Positions 1 to 10,573 of a stretch of DNA of 64,000 bases are shown piece by piece (the first letter of the stretch is position 1; every line of letters begins with the position of its first letter). This DNA is from Vitrella brassicaformis CCMP3155 (Eukaryota > Protista > Chromerida). The notes under the pieces were generated by a model. The model was not told where the DNA came from. It saw only the letters and a list, made by a program, of their open reading frames with translations, and ran no database searches. The stretch spans positions 1,564-65,563 of the forward strand of contig CDMY01000494.1 in the NCBI GenBank assembly GCA_001179505.1, written 5' to 3'. A program made the translations under genes and the position numbers.

Positions 1-122
1 ATCCCTTCATGTCGAATAAAAGGCCAGCATCGTCAATCCATCCATCCGTCCATCCATCCATACTTACCCGCAATCCCACCACTACTATCAACATGCACCT
101 ACCCCTGGCCCCCTTGGGCTAC

Positions 123-1986
123 TCACAACAATCCCAACACAACGAACCTCTGCCTCTCCCACCTGGCACCACACCGGTTGACCACACCCAGCTGGCCCCA
201 CACCACATCCACACCGCCACCATACATGGCCGGCATGCCGTGTCGCGCCGCCTCCTCCCTTATAGCCTGCCTCACCACCTCATGCAGACCCACACGCCGG
301 CACCCCACACCCCCCACCACAAAGCACCCCTCCGCCAGCTGCTCCACCCGTCCCTCGTCGGCCGTCACATCCAGCGAGGCAGCCAGGCTGACGAAGTTGC
401 TGAGTATGGTGTGCGATCGACGCCCCAGCGGCCCTGCGCCACGCCCGTTGCCGAAGTACTTCTCGATCGGGTGAGTGTCGGCGAGGAAGGATGCGATGCG
501 CCATGAGTAGATGGGGTCATTGATGGGGAATGGGGGAGGGGGAGTGTTGGGGTGGGCGAGTCGGGGGCTGGGGAGGGTCTCGAGCACTCGCGTGGCCGAC
601 CAAGCTGGGCGAAGCGCACTGTCGATGGCCTCGGTGATGAGTTGCTGTACATCGGCACTGAGGTACTGCAAGTAGGCGTTGCTCATCCACATGGCTCGCG
701 CGCCTTGGGCTGGCGGCAGCGCCATGGCTGGCACAGTCAGCAGCGGCGGCACGGCTCCAAGCTTGATCAGCTTCATCAGCTTCTGGTGCCCGAGGTAGTC
801 ATTCGCGGCGACCAGTGCCAGCGGGGTGTTCCCGTCTAGATTGCTGTCATTGATGTCCTCTGCCGCGCCGCGCTCCAGCAACCAGTCGATGGTCGCATTG
901 ATGGTCCTCGAGGAGCCCGGGGACGCCGCAGCAGCGTGGTGGAGTGGGTAGGACTGGCTGGCGTCATGTGTGTGGATGATGCCCCGGCCGCCCCCCTTGC
1001 TATACAGCAGCTCCAGTAGCCGCAGCTGACACGACGCCTCACCCAACGGCCGTCTGCAGAAGGTGTGGATGGGATGACGGCCGTTGTCGTCCATCTGGGT
1101 GGCGAGTCGGGGCTGGAGGCGGATCAGCCGCTGTGCGATCTGCAGCTTCTCGTGCGGCTCCATCCAGCTGGAGGCCACCTGATGGAGCGTGTTCTGTCTG
1201 AGGACTGGGGAATGGTCCAACAGGACGATAACCACGCCATAATTACCCTGACAGGCAGACAGGCAGGCAGGCAGACAGACAGCAGATCATGACGGCTGCA
1301 CTCGTCCCCATCATCCCCCCCCACACATGCTATGTCCTCACCTGTGCAAGAGCCAGCTGCAGTGGGTCGCCACGGTTGACATCGCTACCTCCAGCGAGGA
1401 GCGCCCGAATGACGCCCGCCATGTGTGGTTTCTCCTCGTGATACTTGACGGCCAACATGACCAGCGTCATGTGCTCCGGTTGCTCCCGGCTGAGGCTCGC
1501 GCACACTCACGATCGTCTTGGTATCGGCCCCCTGGCTGATCAGCCGCCTGGCACCAGCCTCATCTACTTCACCAGACGCCATGGCAGCGACCAGCTGCCG
1601 TGTGGCGGTCGGCATGTCTGATGGAATGGCGACGATGATCTCATGCTGCCCGCCATACAGATCAAACACGCTCTCGACTGTGTCGGAGGGACCACAGACA
1701 GATGGGCACCTGCAAATGCAAATCAGAAGAGAGCAATCAATGAATCGACGAAGCGATGAGTCAATGCATTCATCGGCCGAAGATGTGGTGTGGTTTCCTG
1801 ACCGACCATTCTCGCGGCTGCTGACTCCTGGCGTAGCGCAAAGCCATGCTGCGCTGGTAGTTGGGGACGAAGCAAGTAGCACCGGGATACCAGGGCCTCA
1901 TCTTGCCCAAGAAGTCCTTCATCGGTCGGCAAACGTGATTCGAAGCTCGCAAGCGCCCGAAGTTTGCCCGAGGGAGTTGCCGCCAT
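123..1986 (-). CDS. Ankyrin-repeat protein (spliced; apparent 1-nt frameshift near 1490-1510)
   Basis: The intron at about 1249-1341 joins GSDVNRGDPLQLALAQ to GNYGVVIVLLDH. Further ankyrin motifs are DDNGRHPIH, SYPLHHAAA and DGNTPLALVAAN..LIKLGA. The upstream exon ISQGADTKT is out of frame with the MTLVMLAVKY exon. Confidence 0.72.
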
Positions 1987-2125
1987 CCTCCTTCATTCTC
2001 TCTACTCACAGTCACGTAAGAAAGCAGAAGGAGCGAACATCCATACCGACTTCCTCAGCAGAGCTGTGTGGTGTGTGCATGTGCGCTGTTTCAGGTGCCA
2101 CATCGTTTGTTGGTTAGGTTAGTCG

Positions 2126-3472
2126 ATGGCGTTCCGTGTTACTAGCACACGCCAGCGCCCGAACCCCCGGCCAGTGCCTTCCCTCTGGAGCATCGCACTC
2201 AACAAGGCCGCCTCCATGGCCATGGCCAGCGAGGGCAGCAGCAGGCGTCTGGCCCTCCTCGCACAGCTCAGCAGACAGCCCATGACGGAGATCCCCGCTG
2301 GCGTGACGCTGCCGATGGCCCTCGAGCAGCACAAGGAGCAGATCATGACTCGGGAGGGCCTCCATGGCGTGCTGTCGTTCGCCACAGGCAATGTCCTGGA
2401 GGCGGCCATCAAGACGGTGTACGTGCTGGAGAAGGGCGGGGCGTGGCGGGAGTGGGTGGGGCCCCTCCATCTCGCCAAGCATCATGGGTGCGTGGATGCC
2501 CTGCCCATCCAGATGACGGCGCGCGACCTGCGGCACATCGGCATCAAGTGGCGGTTTGACGGGCGGCCCGAGAGAGTACGCCAGTTCTCCCTCTTCGGCC
2601 ATCGACTCAAGTTACAGAACGGTGAGAAGCTGAGTCTGCGCGAGATGGAGTACGAGGGCTTCTGGCAGTGCCACGAGGCGCCGAAGGCCGGCTGCGCATT
2701 CTCATACGACGCCAAGGACCCGCCATGTGACGACAACATCAGTGGGTTGCGCACGACGACCAACAAACGGATAACACTCATGTGCATGTTGCCCACCTCT
2801 GTGTGTGCAGACTTTTCTGTTCTCACCGGAACATTTTCCAGCTTCCAAGGCGCCGTGCTGTACAGGTATGTAAGGCTGGACACTCACACACCACACACCA
2901 TCAAGCAACCCACCAGCCACAGTCTGCTCTTGGTTCGCCTTCACAGCATTCAAGGCGGCGAGGAGATGGGCGGCATGAAGACGCTCGCCTATAAGGACAT
3001 GGTTAAGGAGCTCGACCCGCAACGATACGCCCGTGCCCTGGCCATCCACCAAGAGCGCTCACCTGCCCGCCTGAAGGTCCAGTACGAGGCCCATGAGGAC
3101 ACCTTCAGGGCCGTCTCCGCGCCACCCGACGAGACGGACAAGATCTCCGGCAGCCGCATCACGCTGCACGGCGACAAGGCGGGCGACGAGTACGCCCTCT
3201 ACTTGGCCATCGAGCTCCGGCAGGAGGAGGACGACCCCTGCATCAACGAGGACGACGACGATGACTTGTTCGGTGTGTTCGATGACCACAACGGGCCGTG
3301 GGAGGTGGTCGTGGTGAAGCTGCTGACGACGGCCAAGGGGACCAGCCAGAAGGAGGCTGCCGTGGCCAAGGCGAGGGAGGTGCTGGGGGAGGCGGATATG
3401 CGGATGCTTTTCAACCGCCTCCTGACGCAGGGTAGTAGCAGCCATGCGCAGCGGGCGTCGGCGGCGCCTTAG
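2126..3472 (+). CDS. Hypothetical protein (lineage-expanded family-like)
   Basis: 448-aa ORF with strong GC3 codon bias. It contains two probable in-frame GT-AG introns (2742-2810 and 2866-2946). The real start may be the ATG near 2216. Confidence 0.6.
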   Translation: MAFRVTSTRQRPNPRPVPSLWSIALNKAASMAMASEGSSRRLALLAQLSRQPMTEIPAGVTLPMALEQHKEQIMTREGLHGVLSFATGNVLEAAIKTVYVLEKGGAWREWVGPLHLAKHHGCVDALPIQMTARDLRHIGIKWRFDGRPERVRQFSLFGHRLKLQNGEKLSLREMEYEGFWQCHEAPKAGCAFSYDAKDPPCDDNISGLRTTTNKRITLMCMLPTSVCADFSVLTGTFSSFQGAVLYRYVRLDTHTPHTIKQPTSHSLLLVRLHSIQGGEEMGGMKTLAYKDMVKELDPQRYARALAIHQERSPARLKVQYEAHEDTFRAVSAPPDETDKISGSRITLHGDKAGDEYALYLAIELRQEEDDPCINEDDDDDLFGVFDDHNGPWEVVVVKLLTTAKGTSQKEAAVAKAREVLGEADMRMLFNRLLTQGSSSHAQRASAAP

Positions 3473-4725
3473 ATTGAACGCCTTTTTGTAAGTGACTTGA
3501 AGTAGATGGGGGGGGGAGTGTGGCCCTTTCTGGGTGCGTCTGCTGCTGCTGTTGGTGTGGTGTGGTGTGGTGTATGTTAGTTGACGGCTTTGTGTGGCTC
3601 GTGTGCGGGTGGCGGCGTGTCTGCGGGCGGCATTAAGCATGCATGTACTGACGGCGGCAGCACGCATGACGGCATCGTCAGAAACGCTGCCGCCGGCCCG
3701 AGACAACACGCCGAACCAACGCCTGTGTCTGGTGGGTGTGCATATGTAAATATAAAAGCATCGTTTATGCCTAGAAGACAGTCTGTCGATCGATGTGTCC
3801 ACGACGGCTGCACATGGCCTCCGTGTATGAATGGATGCCGTGGCTGATTGGTGCGCTGATCGTGCTTTTCTGTCCGGGCTGTGCTGCGTTTGTATATGTC
3901 ATAGCTCTATGGTCAGTGTGGCGCTGCTGATGCAGTGTGGCGGACCAATGGCGTGGTGTACGTGACGTGAAAGAATTGAACGCATTTGCCTTGAACGAAC
4001 TTGATAGATACACATGGGCAGATTGATTAACTTGGGTCCAAGCAACGATGCGACCACTACAAACCGATATCTGCACTGACCACGCGTGTGTCCATATGAA
4101 TGCTCACTCGCAGCCCACCTGATCCATCCACCAATCCATCCATCCATCCATGCATATGCACCCCCACCCATGCAGCAACAAGCACAGGAAAACAGGCCAT
4201 TCCTTTAGGGTTTAGGGGCGTCTCCGTCACAACCAATCAGCCGCAGGGGTGCAGATGAGTGAGTGGGTCAAGTGGGTCAACACTGAGCAGGCCGCGCCAC
4301 GTCAATCCTACAACCGACGGTGCATATCCCATTCAGAGCAGTACACCCTCTTCCCAACCACTGCTCACAGTGCCACACATGCCCCTCCCTCCCTCCCTCG
4401 ATGGCATCGCATGTGTCTGTGTTCCCGTCCTCGTCGTCCTGTTGGCTATCGCGACGGTGCCCTGCGTCGCTGGCACGGCATCGTCTTGATAAGCAACAGC
4501 ATGACGAGGACGAGCCACACAAAACAAACTTCTTGGTGCCATCTCAGACACACTTGCCCCAAATACACACGTACACACCAATACACACGTACACACCAAT
4601 AATACAAAAGGCCGCAACAGCCTCACCAATAAGATAAAAGGCACACACAGTCAGGCGGCGATTCTGACGCTCATCCATTCAGACTTACGTATCGGAACAC
4701 CAAAAAATGGCTCCTCCACTAGGCC

Positions 4726-5853
4726 TCACTCATCGTGGAAGGTCTGCTGGATGCCGAGCCTATCATAGTCCATCCCCATCGACTGCATGAACCCCTCGGT
4801 TGCAGCCCAGCACCGCGGGTACCGACCATGGCCACCCTGCGCACCAGAGATGGGCTGCTCGAACGACCGCACGTCCACCCCAATGGCCGTGGGCCCTTCT
4901 CCGACAGACACCAGGGCTGCGTACGTGTCCTCCGCCTTGTCGCCCGCCAGCCCGATGTAGCGCACCTTGAAGTCCTCGGGCCACATGTACTCCAAGACGG
5001 TCTTGTCGGTGATCGGTTCGTCGAGCAGCTTCATGCCGTCGGCCTCGCTCACGTGCCCCCTGGCCAGCTGGCCTCTGGTCAGGTGCTCTCTGGGCACTGC
5101 AGGAAAGTCCAGGATGCTGATGGAGTGCGTGAGGATCCGCTGGTTGATGTAGCCGCTGAATGAGGGATAGATGAAGGAGAAGACGACATGCCGAGCGAGT
5201 ATGCGGATGGCAGGGTCCTTGGCCTCGAATGCTGCTTGGTATGGGTGGCCCTCGAGGCCTTCACGAGGCACGACAGCGATGTCCTCTGTGCCGATGCGGT
5301 ACTGGCGCCTTCGCAGCCGAGTCAGCCCGAGAGTGCCGTCCTGGTCAGTGTCCAGCTGCCCTCCGAAGGCGGCGAATTGCGCGATGGCGTGGGGCATGTT
5401 GGACATGGCTCTCTTGTAGGGGAAGGTCAGGTGGAGGGATGCGGGGCATATGGGGACGGGCAGGCTGTTGCTGCCGCTGATCATGCGCTTGTTGCGGGCG
5501 ATGTAGATGCCCTTGGTCCATCTCTTCCAGCCCTTGGTGACGTCCAACAGGTGCGCCGACCGCACAAGATAGTCGAAGTAGCTGAGGCCGACGGGCAGAG
5601 GAATGCTGGTCGGCTGACGCGACACGTCGAGCAGTCCGGTCATGCCCTCGGCCGCCAGGGATGCGTCGATGCGGTCGAGGATGAGTGCGGGTGTCACCCT
5701 GCGGTGTCCATCGGCCTTGTTGGTGCGCCGCAGTGCCACGCAGCTGGCCAGATCAGAGCAGAGGAGGATCAGTGAGAAGATGACCTCGTCGATGAGGCTG
5801 AAGAAGCACACGCCATCGGCGGAAGGAACGGACGTCTTGTCAGCTGGCGGCAT
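4726..5853 (-). CDS. Hypothetical single-exon protein with F-box-like N-terminus
   Basis: 375-aa intronless ORF with coding-like codon usage. N-terminal FSLIDEVIFSLILLCSDLASCVALRRT resembles an F-box-like motif. Confidence 0.6.
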   Translation of the reverse strand: MPPADKTSVPSADGVCFFSLIDEVIFSLILLCSDLASCVALRRTNKADGHRRVTPALILDRIDASLAAEGMTGLLDVSRQPTSIPLPVGLSYFDYLVRSAHLLDVTKGWKRWTKGIYIARNKRMISGSNSLPVPICPASLHLTFPYKRAMSNMPHAIAQFAAFGGQLDTDQDGTLGLTRLRRRQYRIGTEDIAVVPREGLEGHPYQAAFEAKDPAIRILARHVVFSFIYPSFSGYINQRILTHSISILDFPAVPREHLTRGQLARGHVSEADGMKLLDEPITDKTVLEYMWPEDFKVRYIGLAGDKAEDTYAALVSVGEGPTAIGVDVRSFEQPISGAQGGHGRYPRCWAATEGFMQSMGMDYDRLGIQQTFHDE

Positions 5854-5914
5854 CGCGCCAAGGGAGAAATACTCCTATTCCTCCTTGAACGAGGAGAGAG
5901 CTTGACTTACGAGC

Positions 5915-6437
5915 TTGCGAACCGTTGCGTTTCTCGCCGAGACGGCCAGGAAAAAGAAAGCGCGCCTAGGAAAGAGCCAGAAAGACAGAGCGCCCTCTTT
6001 TGTTATCCGGCAGTCTGCGCCATTTTCTCTCCACCTCCATGGCTCCACCTCTTCTTCAAAGAGCAAACGGTTGCCCCCTCCCTCGCCGTCTTTCCGCGTC
6101 CTTGCCTCCCCCTGCCCTTCGCACCCGTCTCTTCGGCACACAGGAGACGAAGACCATGAATTGGAGACAGAGATGGTGGAGTCTCTGGGCCTCCCAGAAG
6201 ATTGCAACAAGGAGGCTTGGGCAATCGTACGCACCAAAGCAAAAGAAAGAAAACATGCAGATCATTTCCTTCCATGCACAGACCATTGGCCGGGTTCGAG
6301 AGGCCGTGCACTGGCTCTTTGGCACCGACGCCCTTCTTTTCGGCTCAGCAGCTTACAAGCTGGCTTTATGGGAGAGCGACGTCGACCTGTCAGCTGCCAT
6401 CCCGGCCGACAAGGCCGACCAGCTGCTGAGAGAGGGC
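5915..6437 (+). pseudogene. Rearranged partial duplicate of a Cid1-type nucleotidyltransferase gene carrying an intact catalytic exon (copy A)
   Basis: The exon from 6282 reads TIGRVREAVHWLFGTDALLFGSAAYKLALWESDVDL, the Pol-beta hGS-x-DhD motif. 6301-6437 is near-identical to 7361-7487, and 6081-6118 to 8331-8369. Confidence 0.7.
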
Positions 6438-7339
6438 GTGGTCGACGACCGTCAGCTGGCAGAGAGGGTTCACGAGCTTTCCATGAGGGAGAAGGCAGCA
6501 ATGAAGGAGTACGAAGCCGCCCAAAGGGAGAGGAAGGTTAAACACGATCTGAAACAAGTGGAGGTGAGACAAGAGTGGAAGGAGCAAGAGCACGCGGCGT
6601 TGAAAGCATCTTCTGTTTCATCCCAGCGGGATGTGGTGGACGACGGCCTCAACGGGCTGCTCGCAGGGGCGGGTGAGGGGGCCAGGGCCGGCTGGCGGTC
6701 TGGCCTGGATCACCGATCCGACGACGCTGGAGAGCTGCGCGAATGGGTGTGTTGACAGACAGACAGACAGACAGAAAGACAGTCGGACAGACATCTGCTG
6801 TGTCCGTGCTGGTCGGTCAGGATTCTGATTTCGTTTTGAGGTGACCCCTCTGGGCCAGCTTACGCCCATGAGCAACTCGCAGCTGCCCTCCCCACGGCAG
6901 CACTGGTACGACAACCGGCCCATCCTCTCACCAGTGCCGCCATCGAGGCCGCTGCCGGAGGGGGACGCACGGCTGAGCGGACTGGCGGGCGGCGCGTCTG
7001 CTGGTGGCCATAGCCTGGAGCTGAGTGCGTCGGTTGACGACACCATCAGCAAGCTGCGCGAGATCGCGCGCGGCTGGGGGCGGACAGGGCACTGAGGAGG
7101 GCACTGAGGAGAGCACTATGGCAGCGAGGGAGATAGCAGGTAGGCAAGAGGTCAGACAGACAAATCATGGCCGATAACCCTCACACGAGCCGTTCCCTCG
7201 TCTCCTTCCCTTCCCCGCCCCGCAGCGTTGCGCGAAAGTATCGCATGGCTAGAGAGAGAGTTGCAGACGAGCGGCGAGGAGGTGCTCAGGCTTCAGACGC
7301 TCATCGCCAGCAGCAGGTGGTTGACCAACAACCCACCAG

Positions 7340-9721
7340 AGCCCACGGCGCGGCTCCGATAGGCCGTGCACCGGCTCTTTGGCACCGACGCCCTTCTTTT
7401 CGGCTCAGCAGCTTACAAGCTGGCTTTATGGGAGACCGGCGCTCAGCTGTTCCGGCCGACAAGGCCGACCAGCTGCTGAGAGAGGGCTCGGCCAGGCAGG
7501 GGCGTCAGGATGTCCGGGTGTTGGCCTGTGAGAAGCTGAGGGATGACCTGAAGCATCGGGTGAGTGAAGGACAGGAAGGAACCCAGGAAGGAGAGAAAGA
7601 ACACGGAGACATGTGCGCTGCGTGCATGTCAACAGTATGGGGCCGACATGGCCATCCACGCACGAAATGGGGCGCGTGTGCCGATCGTGCACTGCCACCT
7701 ATCGAAGGTACCAAAGTGACACACATCAGATGATGGTTTGTGTCTGGTGTGTGTCTGGTCAGAGCCAAGGAAGGTGGAAGGCTGATGTGGCCTTTAACAA
7801 CGGCCTGGGAAGCCACAAGGCCAAGATCCTCCTCGCATATATGGAGTCTTCTCCAATTATCAGGGAGCTGGGTAAGCGGAGACACCGGTCACCGACCGTT
7901 TGCAAAACACAGTGTGACAATTCACGGCTTGCTCTGTTCCTCAGCCCTGCTGGTGAAGCGGTGGGCGAAGGGAAGGGGACTGTGCGGTGGCAGAGGGCTG
8001 ACGTCCTTGGGATGGGTGCTGCTTGTAATATACTACGATCAAATGAGGTAGACAAGCGGATGGATTCACACGGGATCACATGTTTCATGTTTTATGTCAG
8101 GACGCCACCTCTACTGCCCAACCTGCAGCAATCGTGTGGTGGCAGTCCTAGACGCGACGAGACGGTCACCACCTACGACTTCGACAAGGACGCATACATC
8201 AAACACAACGTACCTACGGGCAGATTGTAGCATGCAAAACAACTAATGACCCGTGTCTCTCCTGTGACTTAGGTTTACCCACTCGTCGACAAGTCCGACG
8301 CCGCTTTGCCTGCTCCCCCGATGAGCCACCCCTCGCCGTCTTTCCGCGTCCTTGCCTCCCCCCTGCCCTACGAGCACGTCCGTAGTGAGCAGGACAGAAG
8401 GCTCATGGCCTTTGTCAAGGATGCGGAAGACGAGCTCGGGTTTCTCGACCACATGAGGTGAGGCCTCAAAGATATAGGGGCGCAGGAGGGCTGCGCATGA
8501 CTGGCCTGTCTGTGGTCGTGCTGGTCAGGCGACGGCAGAACCGACATGCAGCCAACAGCCACAATCTCAAGCTGCACACAGTATTCTACGAATTTTTTTA
8601 CAGTGAGACAGCCGACTTCTATGCAGAATCAAACAGACCACAAACAGATTAACGCTTCTTCGTTTTTTTTGCTTGCGCCCCAGGTTCTATAGATCGTGGC
8701 TTGACGCCACGAAGCACATCATATCCATTCGCCTCGCCCCGCGCCGCATCACCAAGACGGATTATCTGGCATCTTCGGTGAGCGACAGCAAGAAGGAAGC
8801 GAGAAGAGCAGGACGAAATAGAAGCAAGTCTGTTGGCTTGTGTTTTGCAGGAGATCTCTGACAAAGAGGAATACAGGCAGCGGCTTGACGTGCGGAAACA
8901 AAGTCAGTAGAAAAGACTTGCAGGGATCACTCTCTGTGGCTGACGTTTTCAGCACCTATGGGTTGAGGACCCAATCGAGACAGGCAGTGTCCATTTCGTT
9001 GACGCCATGGTACACATACATACATACATACATACCTATGTGCCGTTCTTCTTCAGAAAAAACGAGAGATGGACCAGGAGATCGCTCGTGCCCTGGAGAT
9101 GCTGGCCCGCCACAATCCCCGAGTCCTGTTTGGTGAGATTGTGGCAGACAAGCTCTTCTACGGGCCTTCTCCTGGCCGCGGCCCGCCCCTCCATCGAGGC
9201 CCTGTACTGAAGACGTTCAAGATGAACTTGCCGGTATATGCAAATGAGACATAAGTCAAACAGATGAGATGAATGCACGGGGGCTCCTGTTTGCTTCAGG
9301 GGGATGGAGGCAGATATGTTGGCACAAAGGCGTGTGTCCTCAATCGCATCAAGGAGCTCTGCTCTCAGTTGGGAGGTGCGTAGACTGACACGTATCAACA
9401 TCGCAGGACACATCCATCCATCTTGACTGCCCTTACCAGGGGTGACCATCGAGACACCGTTGAGAGGCAGCATCAAAACAACTATCAACGTGTCAGGTGA
9501 GCGTCGCCACACGACCCGGACACAGAGCGACACTATCACGCCTCCCTTGCCTGGTTCCAACAGGCCCCGAAGCAGCTGTCTCCGCGGCACTGGGATACCT
9601 CAACATGATCAAAACAGGCAAGCGCCTACCCGACCAGCCGTCCACATCACCAGCCCCTGGTACGTATTCCAACCAGACACCAACCTGGACCACGCGGGGC
9701 CCGCCACGGAAGAAGGGATGA
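7340..9721 (+). pseudogene. Cid1/TUT-family terminal nucleotidyltransferase with C-terminal KH domain (copy B; catalytic exon inactivated)
   Basis: Spliced exons give GARVPIV, ADVAFNNGLGSHKAKILLAY, ALLVKRWAKGRGL..LTSLGWVLLVIYY, RTPPLLPNLQ, YEFF..FYRSWLDATKHIISIR, LWVEDPIE and EMDQEIARALEML, then a KH-like segment. Lesions: TAG at 7360-7362, a net -10 nt change removing DxD, and a T-run frameshift near 8595. Coiled-coil 5' exons probably extend to about 6440. Confidence 0.8.
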
Positions 9722-10573
9722 CATGGGGCGGCACCAAGCACTTCACGGCCGATGACGTGGGGTGGTGTCGGTGTGTGATTCTGTTACTTGCAAGCCGGTG
9801 AAAGAACACAAACCACTTTAACCGAGCCAGGCAGGGAGCCAGCTGGAAGTAGTCGCAGCCTGTATGGCCCGTCGCCCTGCTTCTATCTACAGGTGTTTTG
9901 CTCTTATCGGTGTCTACATTTTATGTTGTGGTGTCTCTTCTCTGCCCATCTCTGCTACGCCTTGCCCTTCTCTGGGATGACTTTCGTTCGGATCTCCCAC
10001 AGGTCTATTGCTTTCAATCGGCGTCTTCTCGTACGTGTGCGTATGGCAAGAGACATGTGAAGAGGTTGTTTAGCTCGATGCCACGCAGAGTATCACTCCG
10101 CTTATGCCTGTGTCTCTTTCAATCGTGCACTATACCAGCTCAGCATACGCTGGCACCCTCTCTCTGTCTCACAGACATCGTTCGCAAAGTCCGTTCGCAC
10201 TAGTGAATGCCGCAAAAACGGAAAGAAACCACTGATGCAGGCGATGACGCAAATGCAACATTTGGCCCTCTTCATGCATGGATGGGGAAAATGTAGGGAG
10301 GAAGCAAGGAGAGGACACATCAACCATAGCCAAGAACTATTAGACACATGGCCCCAGCCAGCAAGGATCATGCCCATACATTCAACACCCAAACTTTGTG
10401 TGACAGTCTGTTTTAGCTGCCACTTGGCATCACTGCAAGCCACACACAAGTACAAACGCATTTGACCGGCAGCTCAGTCGATTCTTGCACTGTTCTCTGC
10501 CTTGCGTACCCATTCATCATCCGATATCGTGTCGCCTGTCGCCGCTGCTGCTGCTGCCGCTGCATAAAGCCAA

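Noticed and set aside
2742-2946. Two stop-free 3n introns in one gene suggesting regulated intron retention
   Set aside because: Plausible by chance in short, GC-rich introns, and there is no other evidence.
4204-4217. TTTAGGG x2 telomere-like repeat
   Set aside because: Only two copies with no subtelomeric context, so chance cannot be excluded.
4250-4640. Short ORFs and an 18-19 nt tandem duplication between two genes
   Set aside because: No consistent frame, splice signals or homology; probably UTR or intergenic sequence.
9630-9710. HITSPW..NLD as the PAP-associated IEDP motif
   Set aside because: The true motif LWVEDPIE is at about 8955-8980. This stretch is a different frame of the tail after the KH domain.
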